Positions 1 through 7,119 of a stretch of 14,454 bases of DNA are shown one piece after another (positions within the stretch are counted from its first letter, which is position 1; each line of letters begins with the position of its first letter). The notes below the pieces were generated by a model, which had not been told where the DNA came from, searched no databases, and saw nothing but the letters and a program-made list of their open reading frames with translations. The position numbers and the translations under genes are program-made. The DNA comes from Bdellovibrionia bacterium (GTDB lineage: Bacteria > Bdellovibrionota > UBA1018): assembly GCA_045805065.1 (NCBI GenBank), contig JBJMMA010000253.1, positions 1-14,454 on the forward strand, in the 5' to 3' direction.

Positions 1-120
1 CACGGGACTGCGCTTGCAGTCGCCAACGAGCTCGGGCTGGATGCCATCGGGGTTGAGCTGAGTGCGAAAAGAGCAAAGAAAGCCCGCAATCTCCAAGCTC
101 CTCAGTTCAAGCTTCAATAA
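1..120 (+). CDS. SAM-dependent methyltransferase, C-terminal fragment (N4/N6 DNA-methylase-like/TRM11-like); 5' end outside the window
   Basis: Frame 1 reads HGTALAVANELGLDAIGVELSAKRAKKARNLQAPQFKLQ*. This matches the tail of motif I (DPFxGxGT..A...G...IG.E) of beta-class amino-methyltransferases. Not in the ORF track. Confidence 0.7.
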   Translation, partial: HGTALAVANELGLDAIGVELSAKRAKKARNLQAPQFKLQ

Positions 121-162
121 ATCCCTGAAAATTTCTAATTAAAACGCCCCAACGCGGAGCAA

Positions 163-178
163 ACGCACGACACTTGCA
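163..178 (+). promoter_or_regulatory. Degenerate sigma-54-like -24/-12 element
   Basis: ACGCACGACACTTGCA matches TGGCACG-N4-TTGC(A/T) closely, but the conserved GG is CG. It lies about 25 nt upstream of the ATG at 204. Confidence 0.3.
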
Positions 179-203
179 AAGAGCCGCGCCTGGGGGAATA
201 ACA

Positions 204-551
204 ATGATCAGAATGACATTCCGTATCTTATGCCTGATCGCAGGATTTGCTCTCAATGCACATGCGGAACACCGAGTCGTTCATTGCACATTCGGCACGT
301 GCAAAGCCGAAATCACCTCGAATGACATGCTCGAAATCAGTTGCGAAGATCGGGCGATGTACACGGGCACCTACACCATCAGTACGGAGTATCGCACCAC
401 GCGAATTCTGAGCTCGACGGCAGATGGCCCTAGAATTATCGCGCAAGGCCTGCCATCGGAGAATTCTTCAACTCAAGCAGCTCTCATTCTCTCAGGACAA
501 GAGATCCGCGGATCGTGCAGAGCAAGCCAGGTAGAACCGACTAGGGATTAA
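204..551 (+). CDS. Small secreted hypothetical protein (4 Cys in the mature part)
   Basis: ATG at 204 follows GGGGGA. Signal peptide MIRMTFRILCLIAGFALNAHA has an A-x-A cleavage site. The 3' end overlaps the convergent gene by 11 bp. Confidence 0.7.
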   Translation: MIRMTFRILCLIAGFALNAHAEHRVVHCTFGTCKAEITSNDMLEISCEDRAMYTGTYTISTEYRTTRILSSTADGPRIIAQGLPSENSSTQAALILSGQEIRGSCRASQVEPTRD

Positions 552-1035
552 ATCCCAGTTCGTGGCTCTTGATCTCGGCAGGCGTCCCTTGACCTGACCA
601 TTCCATCTTCTGATAGCCTTCGTTTCGAACCTTTTGCGAGGAAACTTCAACATCGATGATGGCGTTAAAACCATTCTTGGCTGCCTGAAAAGCGAGCCTG
701 AGAATCGTTTCGTCGCGATCCGGTGAGTGAGAGATCTGAATCGGCTTATCGGCCTTCCGCAAGATGCGGATCGAGCTCTTGGATCCTTTATAGATCACGT
801 TGATCTGCTTGGCTTCGTCCAAGGCCGTCTCGTATTGCGACTTAAATGGCTCGACATGCTCGTCGAAACAAGCGGCGCAGTAATAGGTATGCTTGAGCTC
901 AGGGGCAAGCGTTGATTCAAATGAGAACGTGTCCTCTGGGAGAAAAATCCGGCACTTCTTGCAAACATCGCCTTCACAGACGCCACAAGTTGAATCGACA
1001 CGAGGTTTACGGCAGCTGACGCAGAGGGTTTCCAT
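541..1035 (-). CDS. Hypothetical protein with four CxxC pairs (putative Zn finger) and a C-terminal YbjQ/heavy-metal-binding-like domain
   Basis: CVSC, CGVC, CKKC and CAAC pairs. The C-terminus RDETILRLAFQAAKNGFNAIIDVEV...GQGTPA resembles the YbjQ (UPF0145)-like pattern. Confidence 0.75.
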   Translation of the reverse strand: METLCVSCRKPRVDSTCGVCEGDVCKKCRIFLPEDTFSFESTLAPELKHTYYCAACFDEHVEPFKSQYETALDEAKQINVIYKGSKSSIRILRKADKPIQISHSPDRDETILRLAFQAAKNGFNAIIDVEVSSQKVRNEGYQKMEWSGQGTPAEIKSHELGFNP

Positions 1036-1079
1036 TGAGACCTAAGATACCATAAGTCAGCCCGGTTAGTTAGCCCCAC

Positions 1080-1706
1080 TTAGCCCTGAATATTGGCAAA
1101 GACCAGGACGCCAGCTCCGATCCATCGGACCGCCTCGCCGTCCATCAGTGGGGAGTCGACTTCGACCCGGAGAGTCTCGCCTTCGGAGACCCGGATCACA
1201 TCGCTCTGCCCTGGGATGAGGACTTCAAAGCTGCCGTCGGCGGCATAAGCAAAATTCCAGCGCCCGGAGGGACCCCAATCCAAAGGCTCCGAATCATCCA
1301 CGGCACGAACCTCGGTCATGGCCTCAGCTTCTGCCTTTCGGACAAAGACGCTCAAATCCGTGACACCGCCCGAGATCAGCTCACAACGACTTGGAACATC
1401 GCCTGGAAAATCGTAGGGCTCCAAAGGCGTGAGCTCCACCTGCTCGGGCTCTTCTCCGGGTTCGTAGGTATGATAGAGCCTGACGCCCGTCCCCTGGAGA
1501 ATCACTAACGTCCGATCATGGTAGGGAAACTCAGAAAAGGGTGACGCTTTCTCGATTCGAGCCGAACTGAGTCGCCAGACGAAATCGCCACGCTGCAAAG
1601 ATGCGTTCTCTGGATAGATTGCGATCTCATCCGTGTAGCCTAATCCGTTTTTCCAGGATGCGCGCTTATATTGATCGCGGCTGATGACTTGTGCGTGCAA
1701 TGACAT
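1080..1706 (-). CDS. hutD: HutD/Ves family protein (cupin-like)
   Basis: Family signature WKNGLGYTDEIA...F.WRLSSA.I....PFS.FP..DRTLVIL.G.G..L. Confidence 0.88.
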   Translation of the reverse strand: MSLHAQVISRDQYKRASWKNGLGYTDEIAIYPENASLQRGDFVWRLSSARIEKASPFSEFPYHDRTLVILQGTGVRLYHTYEPGEEPEQVELTPLEPYDFPGDVPSRCELISGGVTDLSVFVRKAEAEAMTEVRAVDDSEPLDWGPSGRWNFAYAADGSFEVLIPGQSDVIRVSEGETLRVEVDSPLMDGEAVRWIGAGVLVFANIQG

Positions 1707-1721
1707 ATGTGAGTTGGGGAC

Positions 1722-3764
1722 CTAGTTGCTTGTGGCCACCGGAGAAGCGGCTTCTTCAGAATTCTGTTCAGCACCCTCTTCGGCGTTCAGAATCGATTCA
1801 ATATAGTCAAAACTCTCTTCCATGACAAATAAACGAACCCCTTCACGGTCCTCAGGGGAAATTTTAACAAACTGCAGCCCTAAATGAATCGCTCCTGCTA
1901 TTTCCTTCTTCCAGCGAAGCTGGGCTGAACAGTGAATAGATTTACCATAAAGCTCAAAACTAATATTAGGAAAAACTGTACCGACCTCCAGGCCTCGAGC
2001 TCTTTTGGCGATTTTCGGATCCGTCGGACTATAGGAAACCTGAATCCCGCCGGCACTGATGTCTTTGGCATAGCCGTGCATGGCAAAACCCTGATTTGAC
2101 TCAAGGCCGATCGTCACTCCCATCGCGGTCTCAGGAGTAAATGAGTATCTCAGGTTTTCGCGCCGCTGAACCTCATACACAACCGAAGGAACCTCAACGT
2201 CGATGGATTCTTCGGTAAAACGAACCTCGCCCACGTCCTGTGCAAAGAAAATGGCGGTTCGGCGAGTATTGATATTGAGAAAGATTCGTCGGGCATTCTG
2301 CTCGCGGATTTCAGACAGGATCTGCCCCTTGGACTTTGACTTGGGATAGGCGATCCGAAGCTTTTCACCATCGTCTGCCCCACTGACAACGCTGGTTTGT
2401 TCCTTGATCTGTCGTTTTGCCGTCCAGAAAATCACCGGACTCTGCCACTTGCATGCCTCAAGCACCCGCGACTGTTTGCCCGTATCGCTCGGGATGAGCT
2501 GAAAAAGCCTGGTTCGCGATTTGAAAAGGGACTCAGCTTTCTGAAAGACCGCAAGCTTGGCAGGCTCGATGCTCTTTTTACCGAATTTGCCGCTATTAAA
2601 TGGGGTCTCCGGAGTCGAGGATCTTGAATCCTTGAACGGATCATCCTCACCCAGCTCCTCATTGGAGGTGAAATCCTTTGAAGCGCGCTCAAGTTCCTTC
2701 TCCAGTTGCAGTTCAAGCTCTTTGGCGTCGACCGCCTCCATCGTGGCCATGAGCTCGCGCTCTTTGCGTCGTTTTTCGACGTATTCGAGCAAATTGCCTT
2801 TTCCGCCGCCCCGCTTAAGATAGACCTCGAAATCAATACTGGCTTGAATGTCAGGAAGCTTGGCCAGCGCTGCCTGGGAGTTTTTAGCGAAAACCAAATC
2901 TCCTTTGTTCTCAGTAAAAATCTTGCGCTCGATCAGGACGCCATCCTTGTAATATCCGAGCTCAGGCGATGCGCCGACAAATGCCCAGGACGTATCTTTG
3001 AATTCCGGAAACCTGCCCCGAAATCTCCAGGCACCTTCATGAACAAAGAGATCCTTTTCACGATCCTTGGGTGTCCATTCCCAAACACGATCATCAAAGC
3101 GACGTCCTACCGCTCCTTCAACTCGCACTTCCGTCCAGGTTCCAGTCACCGGGCCCGGGCCGATGGCAAAGCAAAGCCATTTACCGTGAATGGATTTTGC
3201 AGTCGAGGCTTTGGTCAGCCAGCAGTCATCAGGCGTTTTCAGCGGGTCTGCCTCACGAACCGTACGCTGCCGCCCACTCTGCGATGAGCGTCGGGAGCCA
3301 TCCGAGCCCGTGACTTTCACCTCGCGTGAGTCATCGTCCGAACTGGAAGCTGCCTTTCTTGCCATTGCCATATGGCGAGTGATCGCGATCTTGAGCCCTT
3401 TTGCCGTGTAAGGCGGATACAGAACCTTATTGCAATTGAGTTTGGCAAGAAAGGTTTCAATCTTGGGATGCTGAAGCTGACAGAGAACAACGAATTGAAA
3501 GATTCCGGATGAGATCTCAGATCGCATCAAGTGCGAAACCTCTGCAAGATGCTTGAGGTGATCCGGCTCTTTCACATCAAAGACAACGCAACCGCAGGTC
3601 ACGTCGCGCAACGCCTGTTTTAACGCTTCAAACTCCGTGATCTCGCGCAATGGCGGTTGATCCGATTGTTTGAAAAGAGCTGGCACATCTTTGAGCGGGG
3701 GGATGGGGTGCGTGGAGTAAATGAAAATCCCCTCCGGATTCTCCGACTGAGTCGTCGCTTCCAT
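1722..3764 (-). CDS. Multidomain PilZ-domain (c-di-GMP receptor) protein with a degenerate receiver-like N-terminus
   Basis: C-terminal QRRENLR (RxxxR) and DISAGG (DxSxxG) motifs plus a GLQF...REGVRLFV ending. The N-terminal alternating beta/alpha pattern (VVFDV...FVVL...VLYPPYT) is REC-like. Confidence 0.85.
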   Translation of the reverse strand: MEATTQSENPEGIFIYSTHPIPPLKDVPALFKQSDQPPLREITEFEALKQALRDVTCGCVVFDVKEPDHLKHLAEVSHLMRSEISSGIFQFVVLCQLQHPKIETFLAKLNCNKVLYPPYTAKGLKIAITRHMAMARKAASSSDDDSREVKVTGSDGSRRSSQSGRQRTVREADPLKTPDDCWLTKASTAKSIHGKWLCFAIGPGPVTGTWTEVRVEGAVGRRFDDRVWEWTPKDREKDLFVHEGAWRFRGRFPEFKDTSWAFVGASPELGYYKDGVLIERKIFTENKGDLVFAKNSQAALAKLPDIQASIDFEVYLKRGGGKGNLLEYVEKRRKERELMATMEAVDAKELELQLEKELERASKDFTSNEELGEDDPFKDSRSSTPETPFNSGKFGKKSIEPAKLAVFQKAESLFKSRTRLFQLIPSDTGKQSRVLEACKWQSPVIFWTAKRQIKEQTSVVSGADDGEKLRIAYPKSKSKGQILSEIREQNARRIFLNINTRRTAIFFAQDVGEVRFTEESIDVEVPSVVYEVQRRENLRYSFTPETAMGVTIGLESNQGFAMHGYAKDISAGGIQVSYSPTDPKIAKRARGLEVGTVFPNISFELYGKSIHCSAQLRWKKEIAGAIHLGLQFVKISPEDREGVRLFVMEESFDYIESILNAEEGAEQNSEEAASPVATSN

Positions 3765-3797
3765 GCTTTAGAAAAACGATAACAGAGGGCTTCTCAA

Positions 3798-3834
3798 AGA
3801 ACACTACAAATAGAACACTAGCTAATTCTCACTA
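3798..3834 (-). repeat. Three direct repeats with a 14-bp period (TAGTG core on the minus strand) upstream of the PilZ gene
   Basis: On the + strand: AGAACACTA at 3798-3806 and 3812-3820, and CACTA at 3830-3834. The copies end at 3806, 3820 and 3834. Confidence 0.55.
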
Positions 3835-3869
3835 CTCATTATTTATAAAACAGTGATGATATAACCGTC

Positions 3870-3913
3870 AAATAACAGGAGAAGCAATTGCCGAAGCATC
3901 ATTGCTTCTCCTG
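3870..3913 (-). terminator. Intrinsic terminator of the AGQK-repeat gene
   Basis: Perfect 13-bp stem CAGGAGAAGCAAT/ATTGCTTCTCCTG (3876-3888/3901-3913), with an inner UGC-UUCG-GCA C(UUCG)G tetraloop on the minus strand. It is followed by TTATTT and lies 38 nt after the stop codon. Confidence 0.8.
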
Positions 3914-3951
3914 CCTTAAGCTACGGTCACTCGAGCTGAAGACTGTAACTT

Positions 3952-4398
3952 TTAGTATCCGGTGCTGCCGCTACCGCTGTAGCTGATGCCAGCGCTGCCG
4001 TAAGAGATGCCAGCCTTTTGGCCAGCCTTCTGTCCTGCAGACTGTCCAGCCTTCTGGCCTGCCTTTTGTCCAGCTTTCTGGCCAGCCTTCTGACCTGCGA
4101 TCTGTCCAGCTTTTTGACCAGCTTTCTGTCCGGCCTTTTGACCTGCCTTCTGTCCAGCTTTCTGTCCGGCCTTTTGACCAGCTTTCTGTCCAGCCTTCTG
4201 GCCTGCCGAAGTGGTGACCGTAGGAGTCGTGTAGGTTGGAGAAGAATAGACAGGAGTCACTGGGGAGTAGCTGCCGGAGTTCGATCCGTGGTTGTTGTGA
4301 TTGTCAGAGCCGTTGTGGTTATCGTCAGCAAAAGAAATGGTAGAGAAGCTGAGAGCAGTCAAGGCAACCAGGCAGAGCGTTGAGATTGAGGACTTCAT
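3952..4398 (-). CDS. Secreted low-complexity protein with 16 tandem AGQ(K/I/S) tetrapeptide repeats (148 aa)
   Basis: ATG at 4398 has an AAGGAG RBS at 4405-4410. Signal peptide MKSSISTLCLVALTALSFSTISFA. Repeat units differ mostly at third codon positions in this frame. The gene has its own promoter motif and terminator. Confidence 0.85.
   Translation of the reverse strand: MKSSISTLCLVALTALSFSTISFADDNHNGSDNHNNHGSNSGSYSPVTPVYSSPTYTTPTVTTSAGQKAGQKAGQKAGQKAGQKAGQKAGQKAGQKAGQIAGQKAGQKAGQKAGQKAGQSAGQKAGQKAGISYGSAGISYSGSGSTGY
4015..4206 (-). repeat. Coding tandem repeat, 16 x 12 bp (AGQK x14, AGQI x1, AGQS x1)
   Basis: Units read directly from the DNA, consensus GCn GGn CAR AAR on the minus strand. 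Confidence 0.95.
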
Positions 4399-4452
4399 GA
4401 GAGTCTCCTTATGAGATTGAGAGTTTTTACCGGTTCGCTTGGCGGACGAGTT

Positions 4453-4468
4453 TGCAGTCCAGGTGCCA
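4453..4468 (-). promoter_or_regulatory. Sigma-54 (RpoN) -24/-12 promoter of the AGQK-repeat gene
   Basis: Minus strand TGGCACCTGGACTGCA = TGGCAC-N5-CTGCA, exact GG-N10-GC spacing, about 55 nt upstream of the ATG. Confidence 0.7.
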
Positions 4469-4573
4469 TGACTTTGACGTTCACGCACAAGCGCACCGAC
4501 TCAATTCTTTGAAAAGAAGCCTCTGATCTTGAAGAGCGGCGAGTCGTAACTATTTTGATTTTTTATCTTAGCC

Positions 4574-4900
4574 TTATTGAAGAGCGAAAACGCACTGAGC
4601 AGTGGCATCCGCTTGAACAAACGGAACATAGCCAGCGTTCAAAAATGCATAATCGCACATCCCAGGAAACAAGAGCATGTTGGTCTGAGAGAATGTGACA
4701 AAGCCATTCGGGTACATGCCACGAACCATGACGGCGCATTGAAGTGGAACGGAGTAGTATGCATTGCAAGCCGAAGCTTCAGCACCACCTGGCGTGATGT
4801 AGCCTGACACCATGGCAGCTGGGGCAAAAGGAAATGCCGAAGCTGTCTTCGCAAGAAACAAAAGGAAAGACGCCAAACCCATCAATGCTTTGTTATTCAT
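4574..4900 (-). CDS. Small secreted, very hydrophobic 4-Cys hypothetical protein
   Basis: Signal peptide MNNKALMGLASFLLFLAKTASA. The 86-aa mature part has 4 Cys and only 4 charged residues. It fills the gap between same-strand genes. Confidence 0.7.
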   Translation of the reverse strand: MNNKALMGLASFLLFLAKTASAFPFAPAAMVSGYITPGGAEASACNAYYSVPLQCAVMVRGMYPNGFVTFSQTNMLLFPGMCDYAFLNAGYVPFVQADATAQCVFALQ

Positions 4901-4949
4901 AGCTGGGCGGCGTTCTATGCCATCAACGCCCACTCGTCAAGACTTGAGG

Positions 4950-5582
4950 CTAAAAGAAACTCTCCAGTTCCGCCCAAGTGCTCGCAATTCGCTCGGCTCC
5001 GGCGCCGTTTAGCTCCTGAGCGCTCCCATACCCCCAAGTCACCCCAATGCCAGGGATGCGGTTCTCCTGGGCTCCGATCACATCGTGCTTGCGATCTCCG
5101 ATCATTACGGTTTCTTTTGCGTCAAGGGATCGCTCTTTCATCGCAAAACGGATCAAGTCCCCTTTTTTGCTGTTCACGCCAGAGAGCTCGCTCCCATAAA
5201 TGAACTCGAAGTAGGAGGTCTTTCCAAAATGTTGAAAGATCGCATCCGCGTAGACCTTGGGCTTGGAGGTTGCGACAAAGAGCCGATGCTTGGAGCCTAA
5301 ACGCCGAATCGCCTCGTCCATGCCCGGATAGAAGCGGTATTGGTAGATTCCCTCGCGGCCATGATGTTCGCGATACACACGCATGATCTCTGGCGTTAAT
5401 CCGGCCTTTTCCTCGCCCAGAAGCTTAGGCAATTCCAGATGCAACGGAGGTCCAATCAATGAGCGCATGGTATCCATGGAAAAGCGCTCTAAACCCAGCA
5501 CATCGCAAGCATGCTCCAGGCTGCTTGCGAATGCGTCAATGGGATCTGCCAAGGTGCCATCAAGGTCAAAAAGTAAGTTCAT
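4950..5582 (-). CDS. HAD-superfamily hydrolase, subfamily IA (phosphoglycolate phosphatase/5'-nucleotidase-like)
   Basis: Motif I LFDLDGTL, motif II VATSK, motif IV MIGDRKHD, and GVTWGYG. Start placed at MNLLFD (AGGA upstream). An alternative start exists at 5606. Confidence 0.9.
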   Translation of the reverse strand: MNLLFDLDGTLADPIDAFASSLEHACDVLGLERFSMDTMRSLIGPPLHLELPKLLGEEKAGLTPEIMRVYREHHGREGIYQYRFYPGMDEAIRRLGSKHRLFVATSKPKVYADAIFQHFGKTSYFEFIYGSELSGVNSKKGDLIRFAMKERSLDAKETVMIGDRKHDVIGAQENRIPGIGVTWGYGSAQELNGAGAERIASTWAELESFF

Positions 5583-5635
5583 GACTGGTCCTGCCTTCCA
5601 TGGCATCTTGCCAGTCTTTCCTTCAAAAAAGAAGA

Positions 5636-6481
5636 TTATGCAGCGCGAGTCCCTGTCATCCGGCGGCGATCAGCGTCACTCACCGGCACGCTCAGGTTGC
5701 GTTTTGCGCCCACTGATCCGCCCAGGACACTAAATCCGGTTCCTAATGCAAAGACACCAAAGAGTGTCCATCCTGCAATAGAAACGGCTTTTGCCGCGGC
5801 AGTTCCCACATCTTGCATTTTATTTTGAAAGTCCGTCTTGAATTGATTGATCCTTCGATCGGCCTCAGCTCGACTGATGCCGGCCTGCGAGGCCAGATAG
5901 TTTCTGGCTCCGATTGCGTCCCCTCGAACGAGTCGGGTTGCCAAACCCTGCGCCACCTGATCAGGAGGAGACTTCAAATTCAGATCTCCCAACCGCTCTT
6001 GAATGACAGCCTGAACTTGCGGATTACTCGAGGCATTTGATGCGGCAGTTCCTGCTGAGCCGATCACATTTCCTAAACCACTTCCCACTGATCCGACCAG
6101 TGCTCCTACCTGCGAGATCATGAAGGCAAAGAAAAGCGCAGCAACCACCATTCCCTGCACTCCCCCTATGCGAGAGGTCACAAGCCCGCTCACTCGTCCT
6201 GCGAGATAGCTTCCTACGAACAGAGAAATCAGCGCAGTGACCACCAACCAGACTCCCGATCCGATCGATAAACCGGCGCCGCCTCCCTGGCCTTGAACAA
6301 CACCCTTGAGCGAGGCTCCACCGATCGCAAGTCCGAGCGAAGTTAAAATCATATAGACCAGAAATGAGATGAAGAATCCCGCAAAGATCGCCCGCCAGCT
6401 AATGGACGAACGCTCGATTGCGGATGCTCCCGCTTCCTGTACCGGGTATTGCTGGGGCCCTGAAGCCATCGGGTTAAGCAT
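5636..6481 (-). CDS. Integral membrane protein (YrzE/TIGR04086-like) with a soluble helical insertion
   Basis: About 4 hydrophobic Gly-rich helices (ISWRAIFAG..., GVWLVVTALISLFVGSYLAGR, GMVVAAL, AGWTLFG...). GGGAG RBS upstream of the ATG. Confidence 0.8.
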   Translation of the reverse strand: MLNPMASGPQQYPVQEAGASAIERSSISWRAIFAGFFISFLVYMILTSLGLAIGGASLKGVVQGQGGGAGLSIGSGVWLVVTALISLFVGSYLAGRVSGLVTSRIGGVQGMVVAALFFAFMISQVGALVGSVGSGLGNVIGSAGTAASNASSNPQVQAVIQERLGDLNLKSPPDQVAQGLATRLVRGDAIGARNYLASQAGISRAEADRRINQFKTDFQNKMQDVGTAAAKAVSIAGWTLFGVFALGTGFSVLGGSVGAKRNLSVPVSDADRRRMTGTRAA

Positions 6482-6528
6482 AGTGAGATCTCCCTGAAAT
6501 TTTTAACGAAGTTTTTGACCTCAGGAAG

Positions 6529-6544
6529 AGCAATTCATATGCCC
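6529..6544 (-). promoter_or_regulatory. Sigma-54-type -24/-12 promoter of the membrane-protein gene
   Basis: Minus strand GGGCATATGAATTGCT: GG-N10-GC with TTGCT, about 47 nt upstream of the ATG at 6481. Confidence 0.65.
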
Positions 6545-6623
6545 TCTCAGCTTCAGCACAACTCAGCTCAGAGCCTGCTCACAGCGATCAGGAAAATGCC
6601 GACTCCGGAGCGGGACTAAAGGT

Positions 6624-7049
6624 TTATTGCAGGAAACATCGCAACTGATAGCGGCGCTCGCTGTGACCCAGCTCAATCGTGGTCTCGGCGAGCGTCGTAT
6701 TCAGGGGTACGGATTCAGCGAGATACGTTGTCTCGGCATGCGATTGAGAACTCTCAACACCCGAGCGATAGCTCAAGTGAAGCTGAAGATTCCGATCATC
6801 ACCCGTCACTTGCACGACATCGCGAACTGTCCCCATGATGTCCGCTCCGCCCATTAAAAACAGGATGTGACGGTTATCGAGCGTATCGGATCCGCGATCG
6901 ATCATGCGGCCCGAGCTCAAGTCTTTGAGCTCGCACATCAGTGTCTTCTGATCATGCTTCTGATCATTCTTCTGGTCATTCTTTTGGGCAGCCAGAGAAG
7001 ACGTCGCTAAGACAAGTCCCATCGCAATGAAAGTGGCATTGAGCTTCAT
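6624..7049 (-). CDS. Secreted hypothetical protein with N-terminal QK(N/H)D repeats and a two-Cys beta-rich domain
   Basis: Signal peptide MKLNATFIAMGLVLATSSLA, then AQKNDQKNDQKHDQK (DNA 6945-6986). One Cys lies near each end of the domain. Confidence 0.75.
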   Translation of the reverse strand: MKLNATFIAMGLVLATSSLAAQKNDQKNDQKHDQKTLMCELKDLSSGRMIDRGSDTLDNRHILFLMGGADIMGTVRDVVQVTGDDRNLQLHLSYRSGVESSQSHAETTYLAESVPLNTTLAETTIELGHSERRYQLRCFLQ

Positions 7050-7119
7050 GCCTGCTCTTTTTGCACCGGAACCGGGACTTGGCAAGAACAGAATCCTGCC
7101 CTAATTTCAGCAAACGATT

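Noticed and set aside
1..551. Restriction-modification system
   Set aside because: Only 39 residues of a methyltransferase are visible, and the next gene is a secreted protein, not a nuclease. The substrate (DNA or RNA) cannot be determined.
1898..3411. Multiple short ORFs inside the PilZ gene
   Set aside because: Alternate-frame or antisense shadows without motifs. The same applies to ORFs nested in the S53, OPT, GST, HAD and phosphatase genes.
4015..4206. Tandem repeat as a CRISPR array or non-coding VNTR
   Set aside because: The 12-bp units are contiguous with no spacers, variation is mostly synonymous in one reading frame, and no cas genes are present.
4018..4383. + strand Leu/Ser-rich ORF (121 aa)
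   Set aside because: Antisense shadow of the AGQK repeat. The minus-strand gene has the RBS, signal peptide, promoter motif and terminator.
4399..4488. 30-codon N-terminal extension of the repeat protein given in the ORF track
   Set aside because: It would run through the sigma-54 motif and bury the signal peptide. The AAGGAG RBS supports the ATG at 4398.
4546..4566. IHF site upstream of the sigma-54 promoter
   Set aside because: Minus strand AATCAAAATAGTT misses the TTR of WATCAANNNNTTR, so it may be just an AT tract.
6545..6575. Clustered TCAGC/CTCAG short repeats upstream of a sigma-54 motif
   Set aside because: Too short and irregularly spaced to separate from chance.
3952..7049. Classical RiPP biosynthetic cluster around the repeat peptide
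   Set aside because: No radical SAM, YcaO, lanthipeptide, ATP-grasp, transglutaminase or peptidase-ABC exporter gene is in the window. Any modifying enzyme would have to be encoded elsewhere.
7061..7080. Possible sigma-54 promoter for the 6624-7049 gene (TGCA with its GC 13 nt before the ATG)
   Set aside because: The -24 position reads CC rather than GG, so only the -12 half matches.
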